Below are positions 18,454 to 26,796 of a stretch of 50,938 bases of DNA, piece after piece; position 1 is the stretch's first letter, and every line of letters begins with the position of its first letter. Location of the stretch: the NCBI GenBank assembly GCA_045656965.1, contig JAZOSE010000124.1, positions 1 to 50,938 on the forward strand. Reading direction: 5' to 3'. Position numbers and translations under genes: made by a program. The notes beneath the pieces were generated by a model. The model saw only the letters and a list, made by a program, of their open reading frames with translations, ran no database searches and was not told the origin of the DNA. Origin of the DNA: Eubacteriales bacterium (lineage in GTDB: Bacteria; Bacillota; Clostridia; Oscillospirales; CAG-272).

Positions 18454-19419
18454 TTAAGAAAAATGCGCTGTAAAGCAAAAGGCAAGCGTCAAAGCCATAA
18501 ATGCGTAAACGATCTTATTTTCGCTCCATCCTCGCTTTTCAAGGTGGTGGTGTATCGGTGCCATCAAAAAAAGACGGCGGCGAGTTCTTTTGTATACGAG
18601 AACCTGTAAGATCACGGAAGCCCCCTCCAAAACAAAGGGAAATCCAAAGACCAAGGCGGAAAGTGGCTTGCCAAGTAAAAACGCTCCTGACGACACCAAG
18701 CCCCCGAGAAAGAGCGAGCCTGTGTCCCCCATAAAAATACGGGCGGGGTGGTGGTTGAACAAAAGAAAGCCGAGCATACTGCCCGCCACGGAAGCGCCGA
18801 GAGAGAGAAGCGCTACGTTCTTTGCAAGATACCCTTCTATAAAGAAAAATACCGATATGATAAAAACGACCGTGCTGCAAAGCCCGTCGATGCCGTCGGT
18901 AAGATTTGTGCAGTTGACCGTACCGACGAGAAGCAGAAAAAGAAGAAAATACGCAACGAGGCTATAATCTATAAAAAGCGGTAAAAAGGGAAGGTAGAGG
19001 GGGAGGGAGCTTGCGATCTTTGTTTCCCAAAGATAAAGAAACAAAAAAGCGAATGCGCTTTGCAAAACGATCTTCTGCCAAGGAAGAAGTCCTTGGTTTT
19101 GCTTGTTTTTGAGCTTTGCGGCGTCGTCGATAATGCCACAAGCACCGTTTAAAACGGCAAACAAAACTGCGATCCCAAGGGGAAGCAAGCCCTCCTTTTC
19201 GAAAAGAAAGCAGCCGAGCATGGAAAAAACAACGATGCCGGACAAAAAGACAATGCCGCCCATCGTCGGCGTTCCCTCCTTATCCTTGTGCCAAACGGGA
19301 CCGATCTTCAAAATGCTTTGCCCCATCTTTTTGGCACGCAGGATCGGGATCAGTCGTCGGGTAAGTAAGGCGGTATAAGTGAGTGTGCCGAAAAACAAAA
19401 GGAGGGTAAGGGCAAGCAT
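18454..19419 (-). CDS. mraY: phospho-N-acetylmuramoyl-pentapeptide transferase MraY
   Basis: 321 aa. NCTNLTDGIDGL, MGDTGSLFLG and APIHHH motifs. Confidence 0.96.
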   Translation of the reverse strand: MLALTLLLFFGTLTYTALLTRRLIPILRAKKMGQSILKIGPVWHKDKEGTPTMGGIVFLSGIVVFSMLGCFLFEKEGLLPLGIAVLFAVLNGACGIIDDAAKLKNKQNQGLLPWQKIVLQSAFAFLFLYLWETKIASSLPLYLPFLPLFIDYSLVAYFLLFLLLVGTVNCTNLTDGIDGLCSTVVFIISVFFFIEGYLAKNVALLSLGASVAGSMLGFLLFNHHPARIFMGDTGSLFLGGLVSSGAFLLGKPLSALVFGFPFVLEGASVILQVLVYKRTRRRLFLMAPIHHHLEKRGWSENKIVYAFMALTLAFCFTAHFS

Positions 19420-19434
19420 TGTTTTCTATCCTTT

Positions 19435-20727
19435 CTATTTTTTTCTGCTTAGCTCGTTGATGATCGCCGCGCAAATTTCGTCGGCGTGTAGGGCATGAGA
19501 CGACTTGAACAAAAGCGTATCGCCTTTTTTGATTTCGCTTAAAATTTCCCTTGAAAGCGATTTCGCGCTTGCATCCCTTAGAAGACGAATTACCGTTTTT
19601 TTCTCTGAGGCGGCAGCGCCTTGCGCATAGTATTCCTTGAAGCTCCCGAAAAGGAAGAGGACGTCTGCGCATTCTGCCGCCGCTTTTCCTATCTCTCGGT
19701 GTAAGCGCGGGGCTTCCTTGCCAAGCTCCAGCATATCGCCAAGAACGAGCAAGCGCCGCCCGATAGCCTTACTTTTCAAATATGAAAAGGCGGCAAGCAT
19801 AGATTCGGGCGAGGCGTTATATGCGTCATCAATCAGGTAAATTCCTTCCGCGACGCATTCCTTTCGCCGCGACGCGCATTCTTTTGCGTGCGGGAGCGCC
19901 CTTTTTATATCCTCCTCGCTTATTCCGAGAGCGAGCGCAATGCTTTTTGCAAAGCCAAGCGCTCTTGCCGTGGCTATGTCAGGCATCGCGGAGGGCTCGG
20001 GGGATACGGGCAAGCAAAGGATATTTTCAAAGTCTTTTTTGAGCAAATCTTCATCATCGGGAATGAATAAGATCCCGCCCGTTTCCATTGCCGAAAGGAT
20101 ACCAAGCTTTTCTTCTAATACGCCCATTCTGTCGCCAAATGCCTCTATGTGAGCGTTGCCAATGGCGGTTATAACGGCGTGGCTTGGGCAAACGATCTTT
20201 GATAACGCTTTGATCTCTCCCTTTCGGTTTGTTCCAAGCTCGGTAATCAATACCTCGGTGTCCTTCGGCATAGAAAGGACGGTGAAGGGAACGCCTAAAA
20301 GATTGTTGTAGTTGCCCTCTGTGGCGTGCGTGCGGAAGTGCTTTTTCAATACGGAAAAAATAGCGTTTTTCGTACTCGTTTTCCCCACACTACCCGTAAC
20401 TGCAATGCATTTGACCGAATGCCTGCATCTGACAGCGTGCGCCCATTTTCCTAACGCCGCGATCACGTCGGGAACCAGAATATAAGGAATATCCACCGAA
20501 GGCACACGGTCGCAAAGCACGGCGGCGGCACCGTGCTTTTTGGCACGCTGAATGTAATAAAATCCGTCGTCCTTTCCGAGAAGTGCGCAAAACAGCTCTC
20601 CGCCCTTGATCTGCTCCGAATGCGTGCAAAGGCGAAAAATCAAGCGATCCTCGCCTACAAGCGTAGCGTCCATATCCTTGGCGACGGCAGATAGCAAGCT
20701 CTTGCCCGCCTTTAACTCTACGGTCAT
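19435..20727 (-). CDS. murF: UDP-N-acetylmuramoyl-tripeptide--D-alanyl-D-alanine ligase MurF
   Basis: 430 aa. Mur ligase P-loop VTGSVGKTSTK. Position after murE, with an ATGA overlap. Confidence 0.92.
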   Translation of the reverse strand: MTVELKAGKSLLSAVAKDMDATLVGEDRLIFRLCTHSEQIKGGELFCALLGKDDGFYYIQRAKKHGAAAVLCDRVPSVDIPYILVPDVIAALGKWAHAVRCRHSVKCIAVTGSVGKTSTKNAIFSVLKKHFRTHATEGNYNNLLGVPFTVLSMPKDTEVLITELGTNRKGEIKALSKIVCPSHAVITAIGNAHIEAFGDRMGVLEEKLGILSAMETGGILFIPDDEDLLKKDFENILCLPVSPEPSAMPDIATARALGFAKSIALALGISEEDIKRALPHAKECASRRKECVAEGIYLIDDAYNASPESMLAAFSYLKSKAIGRRLLVLGDMLELGKEAPRLHREIGKAAAECADVLFLFGSFKEYYAQGAAASEKKTVIRLLRDASAKSLSREILSEIKKGDTLLFKSSHALHADEICAAIINELSRKK

Positions 20728-22205
20728 TGATAGCCTCTTTCAAGAAGAAAAGCGTATACAATGCTTTTTTCCGAAAACGGAACGGTGCCTTCCTTTGTCA
20801 CCATATATTCCTCGTGGCCCTTACCAAGAAGCAAAACCGTGTCCCCATCCTTGGCGGCGGACAAGGCTTCCTCAATCGCGTTTTTTCTGTTGGATACCAC
20901 CTTGCGCTTTTCTTCCTTCGGCATACCGCTTAAAATGTCGCGGATAATGGAGAGCGTTTCCTCGCTCCGTGAGTTATCTGTCGTGATAAAGGAAAAGTCG
21001 GCATAGCGCTCCGCAACGGTGCCCATTTTTGCTCGCTTTTCCTTTTCTCTGTCACCGCCTGCACCGAACACGGCGATAACGCGCCCTCGCGTGAAGCGCT
21101 TTGCACAGCAAATAGCCGCTTTGAGCGCGTCGGGTGTGTGCGCGTAGTCGATAATAACGGAAAACGGCGGCGCTTTTTCCTTGAAGATTAGCTTTTCCAT
21201 TCTGCCTCGAATCACGGGGAGAGATAAAAGCCCCGTTTGGATATCTTTTGCATCAACGCCAAGCATTCTCGCCAAGGAAACGGCGGTGAGGGAATTGTAG
21301 AGGTTAAAGCTTCCCAAAAGGTTGGTTTTCAAAGGTATAGAGCCTCCCCTTGCGCGATAGGTATATTGTGCGCCGCTTCCTTCCTTTTCATTCAGATCGG
21401 TAAGTGAGTGATCGGCATTGCAAAGAATGCCAAGAGAGCTTTTTTTGATCATCAATCTTTTGTAGAGCGCTCGCCCGTATGGGTCGTCAATATTGATCAG
21501 CGCGTGCGAAGACTGCCTAAAAAGGAGTGCTTTGGCTTCAAAATAGGCATCCATCGTTTCGTGGTAATCAAGATGGTCCTCGGAAAGATTGGTGAATGCC
21601 GATACGGTGAAGGAAATAGGCAGCACGCGCTTTTGCTCCAAGGCGTGCGAGGAGACCTCTAAAACGGCGTACTTGCAGCCGTCGTCCTTTAAGGCGCGTA
21701 GTGCGCCGAAAAGGTGCTTTGGCGAAGGTGTCGTCAGCGTCCCTTCCTTCAATTCTTCCCGCGCCCGTCCACCGGAAAAAACGCCGAGAGTGCCGATATA
21801 GCCGCATTTTCTTCCCGAGGCGTTCAGTATGTGTGAGAGAATAAGCGCCGTTGTGGTTTTTCCGTTGGTTCCCGTGATGCCGATAACGGTGAGGTCCTTT
21901 TGCGGCACCCCGAAATATTTGCTCCAAAGGCTGGCTCGCGTTTCTTCGATATCCTTGACGAAGAAGCAGGGGATATTACTTTTCACGGGGATGTGATGCC
22001 CCTCCTCCAGTATGATCGCCCGAACGCCGACGCTTTCCATTTTCGAGAGCATATGCAACGGATCAAATCGCTTGCCCCGTCTGGCTATGAAGGCATCGCC
22101 CTCCCTTGCCTCTTCGGTGTGATCGGATAATCCCTTTATATCCACCCTTTCGGCGGATATGCTTGCGCGGTACGCACCGCTTGGAAGTAACTCTGATAGC
22201 TTCAA
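20724..22205 (-). CDS. murE: UDP-N-acetylmuramoyl-L-alanyl-D-glutamate--2,6-diaminopimelate ligase MurE (amino-acid specificity inferred)
   Basis: 493 aa. P-loop GITGTNGKTT. DNSR replaces the DNPR motif associated with meso-DAP-adding enzymes. Confidence 0.9.
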   Translation of the reverse strand: MKLSELLPSGAYRASISAERVDIKGLSDHTEEAREGDAFIARRGKRFDPLHMLSKMESVGVRAIILEEGHHIPVKSNIPCFFVKDIEETRASLWSKYFGVPQKDLTVIGITGTNGKTTTALILSHILNASGRKCGYIGTLGVFSGGRAREELKEGTLTTPSPKHLFGALRALKDDGCKYAVLEVSSHALEQKRVLPISFTVSAFTNLSEDHLDYHETMDAYFEAKALLFRQSSHALINIDDPYGRALYKRLMIKKSSLGILCNADHSLTDLNEKEGSGAQYTYRARGGSIPLKTNLLGSFNLYNSLTAVSLARMLGVDAKDIQTGLLSLPVIRGRMEKLIFKEKAPPFSVIIDYAHTPDALKAAICCAKRFTRGRVIAVFGAGGDREKEKRAKMGTVAERYADFSFITTDNSRSEETLSIIRDILSGMPKEEKRKVVSNRKNAIEEALSAAKDGDTVLLLGKGHEEYMVTKEGTVPFSEKSIVYAFLLERGYQ

Positions 22206-22218
22206 AACACGCCCTCCT

Positions 22219-24468
22219 TTATTCGCTGTCTTCGCTATGTAAAATAAAAATTTCTATCACCGAGCCCTCACTCATCTTGCTTTTCGGTGGCAGGGACTGG
22301 GAAACAACGGTTGCGCCCTCGGCGTTTTTGCCTCCCTTTGCTCCGCGTATGCGAACGTTTAAGCCCGCGTTCGTTAAAAGGACGGAGGCTTCCTTTAAGC
22401 TTTTGCCGACAACGCTTGGCACTGAGCATTCCCGCACCTTGCTTTCCTCGGTATAAAGGATCACGTGACCGCCGTTTTTAATGATGCTCTCGCTTTTTGC
22501 GGGGGATTGAGAAAGGACGATTTCCCCCTTGCCGATGACGCTGGTGGGAAGACCGAGAGAGGAGACCGCGGATTTCGCCTTGCCGACGGAAAGTCCGACA
22601 AGGTCAGGGATTTCTACAGTTTCTTCGCTTTTCACCTTTTCAATGCCGAGATAGGGAAGAATGGTTTCCATCAGGGAAGAAACGAAGGGCGCGGCGGTAA
22701 CGCTTCCGTATTTGTTGAAGGAGGTGGGCTCATCTACGATGAATATAACGGCAACCTCGGCGTTATCAAAGGGCGCAAAGGCAACGCAAGAGCCAACGCG
22801 CAAATAAGAGCGACCGCTTGCGTCAAGAATGTCGAACTTTTCGCTCGTACCTGTTTTTGCGGCAATGCGGTAGCCGTCGGCGTATGCGTTTTTAGAGCCT
22901 CCGTTTCCTGAAACGCCTTCCTCCAAAATAGAGGCAACGAGGGAGGCGGTCTTTGCGGATATGATACGCTCCTTCTCACTTGTTTTGTAGGTAAAAAGTA
23001 CTTTTCCGCTTTCGTCGCTGATGGAAGAGAGAAGGTGAGGGGTAACCCCTATGCCGCCGTTTGCCACGGCGGCAACGGCAACCAGCTGGGTGATCGGTGT
23101 CACCTTAAAGCGCTGACCAAAGGAGGCGGTGGCAAGCTCCGTTGTGCCGAGCGAAGAATAGGAGTGAAAAATCCCGAGTGCCTCAGAGGGAAGGTCGATG
23201 CCTGTTTTCCCTTTATATCCAAAGCCTTGAAAATATCCGTAAAACGCCTCCTTGCCCGTGCGCTCAGCGCACTGCATCATAACGGGGTTGCAGGATTGCA
23301 TAAGCCCCTCGGCAAATGTCAAGGAGCCGTGTCCGTTTCTTTTGTGGCAGGATATGCGCCTGCCGCCAACGATATAGTATCCGGGGCAGAAAAAGTGGGT
23401 CGACGCGCTCACCGCACCCGACTCCAGCGCCGCGGCAGAGGTGATGATCTTGAAGGTAGAGCCGGGCTCGTATAGCTCGCTGACGGCTTTGTTTCGCCAC
23501 ATCGTATAAAGAAGCTCGCTTCGCAGGGTTCTGTATTCCTTGCTGTCGGGGGCGTAATTGGCGGAAATAAGCTTGGCATGGGAAGCCTCGTCGAGGGTAT
23601 AAGGCGAGTTTAGGTCAAAGCTCGGCGCAGTTGCCATAGCCAGAATTTCACCCGTTTTCACGTTCATGACCACCCCTGTCGCACGGTTTTTCACGTCGGA
23701 GGCAATGATCGCTTCCTCAAGCTCATGCTCAAGAGCGCTTTGTATGTAGGCATCAAGCGTTGTCGTAATGCTGTATCCGTTTTTTGCGCTGATAAAATCG
23801 CTGTATGAGATGGGAAGCCGTATGCCGCGCGAATCTACCGCGGTCATATATTTACCGTCACTTCCGCTTAAAATGCCGTTATAATATGCCTCAATGCCGA
23901 AAAGCCCTTGATTGTCGCTTCCCGTAAAGCCGATGGTGTGAGAAGCAAGTGAGGATAAGGGGTAGTAGCGCTTGCTTCCCGCTTCAACGTGTATCATAGA
24001 GGAAAGTCCGTTTTCCTTGGCGTAGGCAAGCACGGCTTTGGCAGATTCCTCGTCTACGTCGCGCTTGACCGTTTGATCCAAATATGCGCTTAGCTGTGCC
24101 TTCTTGTATACCTCCTCGTAATCAACGGATAAAAGGTCAGAGAGTCCTTTGGCTACCACCTTATCAAACTCGGCGTTTTTTCTTTTGCTTGCCCTTTTGA
24201 TGTCAACGGGGGATATGTAGATGCGGTAAACGGTTTTGTTTTTCGCCAAAACCGTGCCGTTTCTGTCGTATATGATACCGCGCTCGGCGGCGAGGGAAGA
24301 GCCGACGGTGACTTGCTCTATTACCTTTTTTTGATAATCCTCGTACCCAAGCACTTGAAGCTTAAAGAGGGTAAAAAGCAAGAATAAAAGCAAAAGGGCA
24401 AGCAGCGAGAGAAAAATTTTCAACCGCTTGCCGTGTATAGCGGTTTTTTTGTTTAATCCTTCAAGCAT
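22219..24468 (-). CDS. class B penicillin-binding protein (FtsI/SpoVD-like) with two C-terminal PASTA domains
   Basis: 749 aa with an N-terminal TM anchor. Transpeptidase motifs STFK, SCN and KTGT. Two PASTA-like repeats (IPDLVGLSVGKAKSAV..., VPSVVGKSLKEASVLL...). Confidence 0.93.
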   Translation of the reverse strand: MLEGLNKKTAIHGKRLKIFLSLLALLLLFLLFTLFKLQVLGYEDYQKKVIEQVTVGSSLAAERGIIYDRNGTVLAKNKTVYRIYISPVDIKRASKRKNAEFDKVVAKGLSDLLSVDYEEVYKKAQLSAYLDQTVKRDVDEESAKAVLAYAKENGLSSMIHVEAGSKRYYPLSSLASHTIGFTGSDNQGLFGIEAYYNGILSGSDGKYMTAVDSRGIRLPISYSDFISAKNGYSITTTLDAYIQSALEHELEEAIIASDVKNRATGVVMNVKTGEILAMATAPSFDLNSPYTLDEASHAKLISANYAPDSKEYRTLRSELLYTMWRNKAVSELYEPGSTFKIITSAAALESGAVSASTHFFCPGYYIVGGRRISCHKRNGHGSLTFAEGLMQSCNPVMMQCAERTGKEAFYGYFQGFGYKGKTGIDLPSEALGIFHSYSSLGTTELATASFGQRFKVTPITQLVAVAAVANGGIGVTPHLLSSISDESGKVLFTYKTSEKERIISAKTASLVASILEEGVSGNGGSKNAYADGYRIAAKTGTSEKFDILDASGRSYLRVGSCVAFAPFDNAEVAVIFIVDEPTSFNKYGSVTAAPFVSSLMETILPYLGIEKVKSEETVEIPDLVGLSVGKAKSAVSSLGLPTSVIGKGEIVLSQSPAKSESIIKNGGHVILYTEESKVRECSVPSVVGKSLKEASVLLTNAGLNVRIRGAKGGKNAEGATVVSQSLPPKSKMSEGSVIEIFILHSEDSE

Positions 24469-24483
24469 ATAGAGTCCTTTCGG

Positions 24484-24524
24484 AAAAAAGAAAAAGATAG
24501 CGACGCCTTGCGGTCGTCGCTATC
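24484..24524 (-). terminator. intrinsic terminator / attenuator inside the dcw cluster (between orf149 and pbp)
   Basis: On the minus strand: 10-bp stem GATAGCGACG/CGTCGCTATC (24524-24496) followed by CTTTTTCTTTTTTCC. It ends 15 nt before the pbp start. Confidence 0.6.
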
Positions 24525-24554
24525 ATCTTATGGGATAATATTCGTTTTTATGTG

Positions 24555-25004
24555 TTAAATAAGAGCGGAGTGGTCAAGCAGCTCAAAATCGTTTTGAACG
24601 CTCTCGCTTGCCACGTTCTCAAAGAGTACCATGGAATCCTCAGCCCTTGCGCCCCTGTTTTCTAAAACGGTAGCACCCTCGGCACTGCCATCGCGAAGCG
24701 TGCCGATCGCGGCACCCGAGAAGAGCACGGTGCCGGCAACGAGAAGAAGCATGCAAGCACTTCCAACGTTTCCAAGGGTGAAGAATTTTCTTTTCTTGGT
24801 CGCAGCCGCGGGCGCATTCTTCGGAAGAGAGTTTCCAACCTTCATATGCTGCTCGGCGGTGGGGCGCTTTGCGCTAGACTTTTTATATTCTGCCGCACGC
24901 TTTGCTAACTGCTCAGCAACGGTACCTTCTGCACAAAAACGCTCGCGCATCTTCTCGAAAAGGGGATTGAATTCAATGTTGGACTCGAAAGCAAAACGGT
25001 TCAT
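24555..25004 (-). CDS. hypothetical bitopic membrane protein in the position normally occupied by ftsL
   Basis: 149-aa ORF between rsmH and pbp, with a single TM segment (FFTLGNVGSACMLLLVAGTVLFSGAAIG). No obvious coiled coil after the TM. Confidence 0.55.
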   Translation of the reverse strand: MNRFAFESNIEFNPLFEKMRERFCAEGTVAEQLAKRAAEYKKSSAKRPTAEQHMKVGNSLPKNAPAAATKKRKFFTLGNVGSACMLLLVAGTVLFSGAAIGTLRDGSAEGATVLENRGARAEDSMVLFENVASESVQNDFELLDHSALI

Positions 25005-25018
25005 AGTAAATTCCTTTC

Positions 25019-25963
25019 TTATAATTTCTCGGCAACGCGAAGCTTTGCGCTGCGAGAACGGGGATTGATCGCTAACTCCTCCTTAGAGGGGAGAATAGGT
25101 TTTTTTGTTAAAATGTTGATTTTGGGGGATTTTCCACACACGCAAACGGGGAAGTCACGGGGACACTCACAGCCGCTTGCCAGGTCTTGGTAGGTTTTTT
25201 TGATGATACGGTCCTCGAGCGATTGGAAGGAGATAAACGCGCATCTGCCGCTCTCGGACAAATGAGAGACCGCACCTCTGACGGTAGGCTCGATCGCGTC
25301 AAGCTCGCCATTGACCTCAATACGAATGGCTTGGAAGGTACGCTTTGCAGGGTGGTGTCCGCCTTCTCGCGCGGAGGAGGGAATGGCGGCTCTTATGATG
25401 TCCACCAGCTCGTGCGTTGTGAGGATCTCCTTCTTTTTTCTTGCGTTTACAATAAAGGAGGCGATGCGCGGCGCGAATTTTTCCTCGCCGTACTCCCAAA
25501 GAATTCGTTTGAGAGCTTCCTCGGAGTAGGTGTTGATCACCGCTTTCGCGTCAAGCACGGCGGTTCTGTCCATGCGCATATCTAAGGGCGCGTCGTGCTG
25601 GTAGGAAAAGCCTCGCTCTGGGGTGTCAAACTGGTAAGAGGAGCAGCCGAGGTCAGCAAGCACGCCGCCGAGGTTGTTGATTTTAAGATCGTCGAGCACG
25701 TCGCCGAGTGCAGAGAAATTTTCGTGGATAAAGGTGATCTTATCGGCATAGGGCGAAAGCCTTTGCGATGCGGCTTTAATCGCGTCTTCGTCGCGGTCAA
25801 AGCAGAGAAGCCTTGCGTTTGGTCCTAAGCGCTTGGCGATCTCAAGCGAATGTCCGCCGCCGCCCGTCGTACAGTCTACGTAGGTGTAGCCGTCGCGGAT
25901 ATTGAGCGACTCAATGCATTCGTTAAGAAGCACTGAGTAGTGTGAAAAAACAATCGTATCCAT
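25019..25963 (-). CDS. rsmH: 16S rRNA (cytosine1402-N4)-methyltransferase RsmH (MraW)
   Basis: 314 aa. HYSVLLNE, DCTTGGGGHS and FDRD motifs. Confidence 0.96.
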   Translation of the reverse strand: MDTIVFSHYSVLLNECIESLNIRDGYTYVDCTTGGGGHSLEIAKRLGPNARLLCFDRDEDAIKAASQRLSPYADKITFIHENFSALGDVLDDLKINNLGGVLADLGCSSYQFDTPERGFSYQHDAPLDMRMDRTAVLDAKAVINTYSEEALKRILWEYGEEKFAPRIASFIVNARKKKEILTTHELVDIIRAAIPSSAREGGHHPAKRTFQAIRIEVNGELDAIEPTVRGAVSHLSESGRCAFISFQSLEDRIIKKTYQDLASGCECPRDFPVCVCGKSPKINILTKKPILPSKEELAINPRSRSAKLRVAEKL

Positions 25964-25984
25964 AAAACGCCTTTCGTACGGGCA

Positions 25985-26425
25985 TTAAAGACCGTATTCC
26001 GCGAGGGTCTCCAAAAGCTCGGGAAGGTTGATCTCGCTTTGGGTCTTATCCCAAGCGGCCTCGTTCCAGATCTGGATCTGGTCACCGGCACCTGCAATGA
26101 CAACGTTCTTTTCAAGACTCGCGTACGAGGTAAGGTTTGCGGGAAGAAGGATGCGTCCGTGCGAGTCGGGGGTGAGCTCTGCGGTTTGAGAAAAAACAAA
26201 CTGCTTGATTTTCCCCATTTTGGAATCGGGAAGAGACTTGATCTTGGAGGAGAAGTTTTGCCACTCTGCCTCGGAGTATATAACCAAGCAAGGCTCGCTG
26301 ATCTTTCGCGTTACGAAAAAGCGCTCGCCGAGATCGTCGCGCATCTTCGCGGGGATGAACAAACGGTTCTTCGCGTCAATTACGTGTCTGTATTCACCGT
26401 AAAACGATACGCCTTCAAACGACAT
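25985..26425 (-). CDS. mraZ: transcriptional regulator MraZ
   Basis: Two SpoVT-AbrB/MraZ repeats (DAKNRLFIPAKMR and DSHGRILLPANL). The ATG at 26425 with a GGAG SD is preferred over the TTG at 26443. Confidence 0.95.
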   Translation of the reverse strand: MSFEGVSFYGEYRHVIDAKNRLFIPAKMRDDLGERFFVTRKISEPCLVIYSEAEWQNFSSKIKSLPDSKMGKIKQFVFSQTAELTPDSHGRILLPANLTSYASLEKNVVIAGAGDQIQIWNEAAWDKTQSEINLPELLETLAEYGL

Positions 26426-26488
26426 ACATATACTCCTTTCCAAGTTTAGCCTTTTTGATGCTCAAATGGAACACTTTTAATCATTTTG

Positions 26489-26504
26489 CACCACTTTGCA
26501 CCAC
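26489..26504 (-). promoter_or_regulatory. candidate MraZ-binding direct repeats (GTGGTGCAAA x2)
   Basis: Exact 10-nt tandem repeat on the mraZ strand, immediately downstream of the predicted -10 and about 65-80 nt upstream of the mraZ ATG. Confidence 0.5.
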
Positions 26505-26513
26505 TACAAGACT

Positions 26514-26542
26514 ATTTTAACAAATAAATCGTTGTTTTTCAA
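26514..26542 (-). promoter_or_regulatory. putative sigma-A promoter of the mraZ (dcw) operon
   Basis: On the minus strand: TTGAAA (26542-26537), 17-nt spacer, TAAAAT (26519-26514). Confidence 0.5.
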
Positions 26543-26676
26543 TAGGTAAATGAAAAAATCACAAAAAACATATGTAGAAAATTCAATCCTATTTTTGGCA
26601 AAAATGCACAAAAATCAGAAACAGCAAGCGCAAAGAGCCCTCTTTGCACGCAAAGAAGCGAAAAACAGAGAAAGGG

Positions 26677-26692
26677 GTGGTGTACAGTGGTG
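26677..26692 (+). promoter_or_regulatory. second pair of GTGGTG repeats, opposite orientation
   Basis: GTGGTG-TACA-GTGGTG at 10-nt phasing on the plus strand, 47 nt upstream of the -35 of the orf111-ispDF promoter. Confidence 0.35.
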
Positions 26693-26738
26693 CGTTAAAT
26701 TTCTCTTTTTTGCATACAAAAGTTTTATAAAAAAGGTG

Positions 26739-26767
26739 TTTACATATCTTAAATTATGTGTTATACT
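26739..26767 (+). promoter_or_regulatory. sigma-A promoter (extended -10) for orf111-ispD-ispF
   Basis: TTTACA (26739-26744), 17-nt spacer ending in TGT, TATACT (26762-26767). Confidence 0.55.
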
Positions 26768-26796
26768 ATATTAGATAAAGAAAAGAGGCTGTATTT

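Noticed and set aside
26550-26774. 74-aa ORF in the mraZ upstream region
   Set aside because: It sits in A-rich promoter DNA, reads through the -35/-10 of the orf111 promoter and has lysine-rich low-complexity sequence. It is most likely non-coding.
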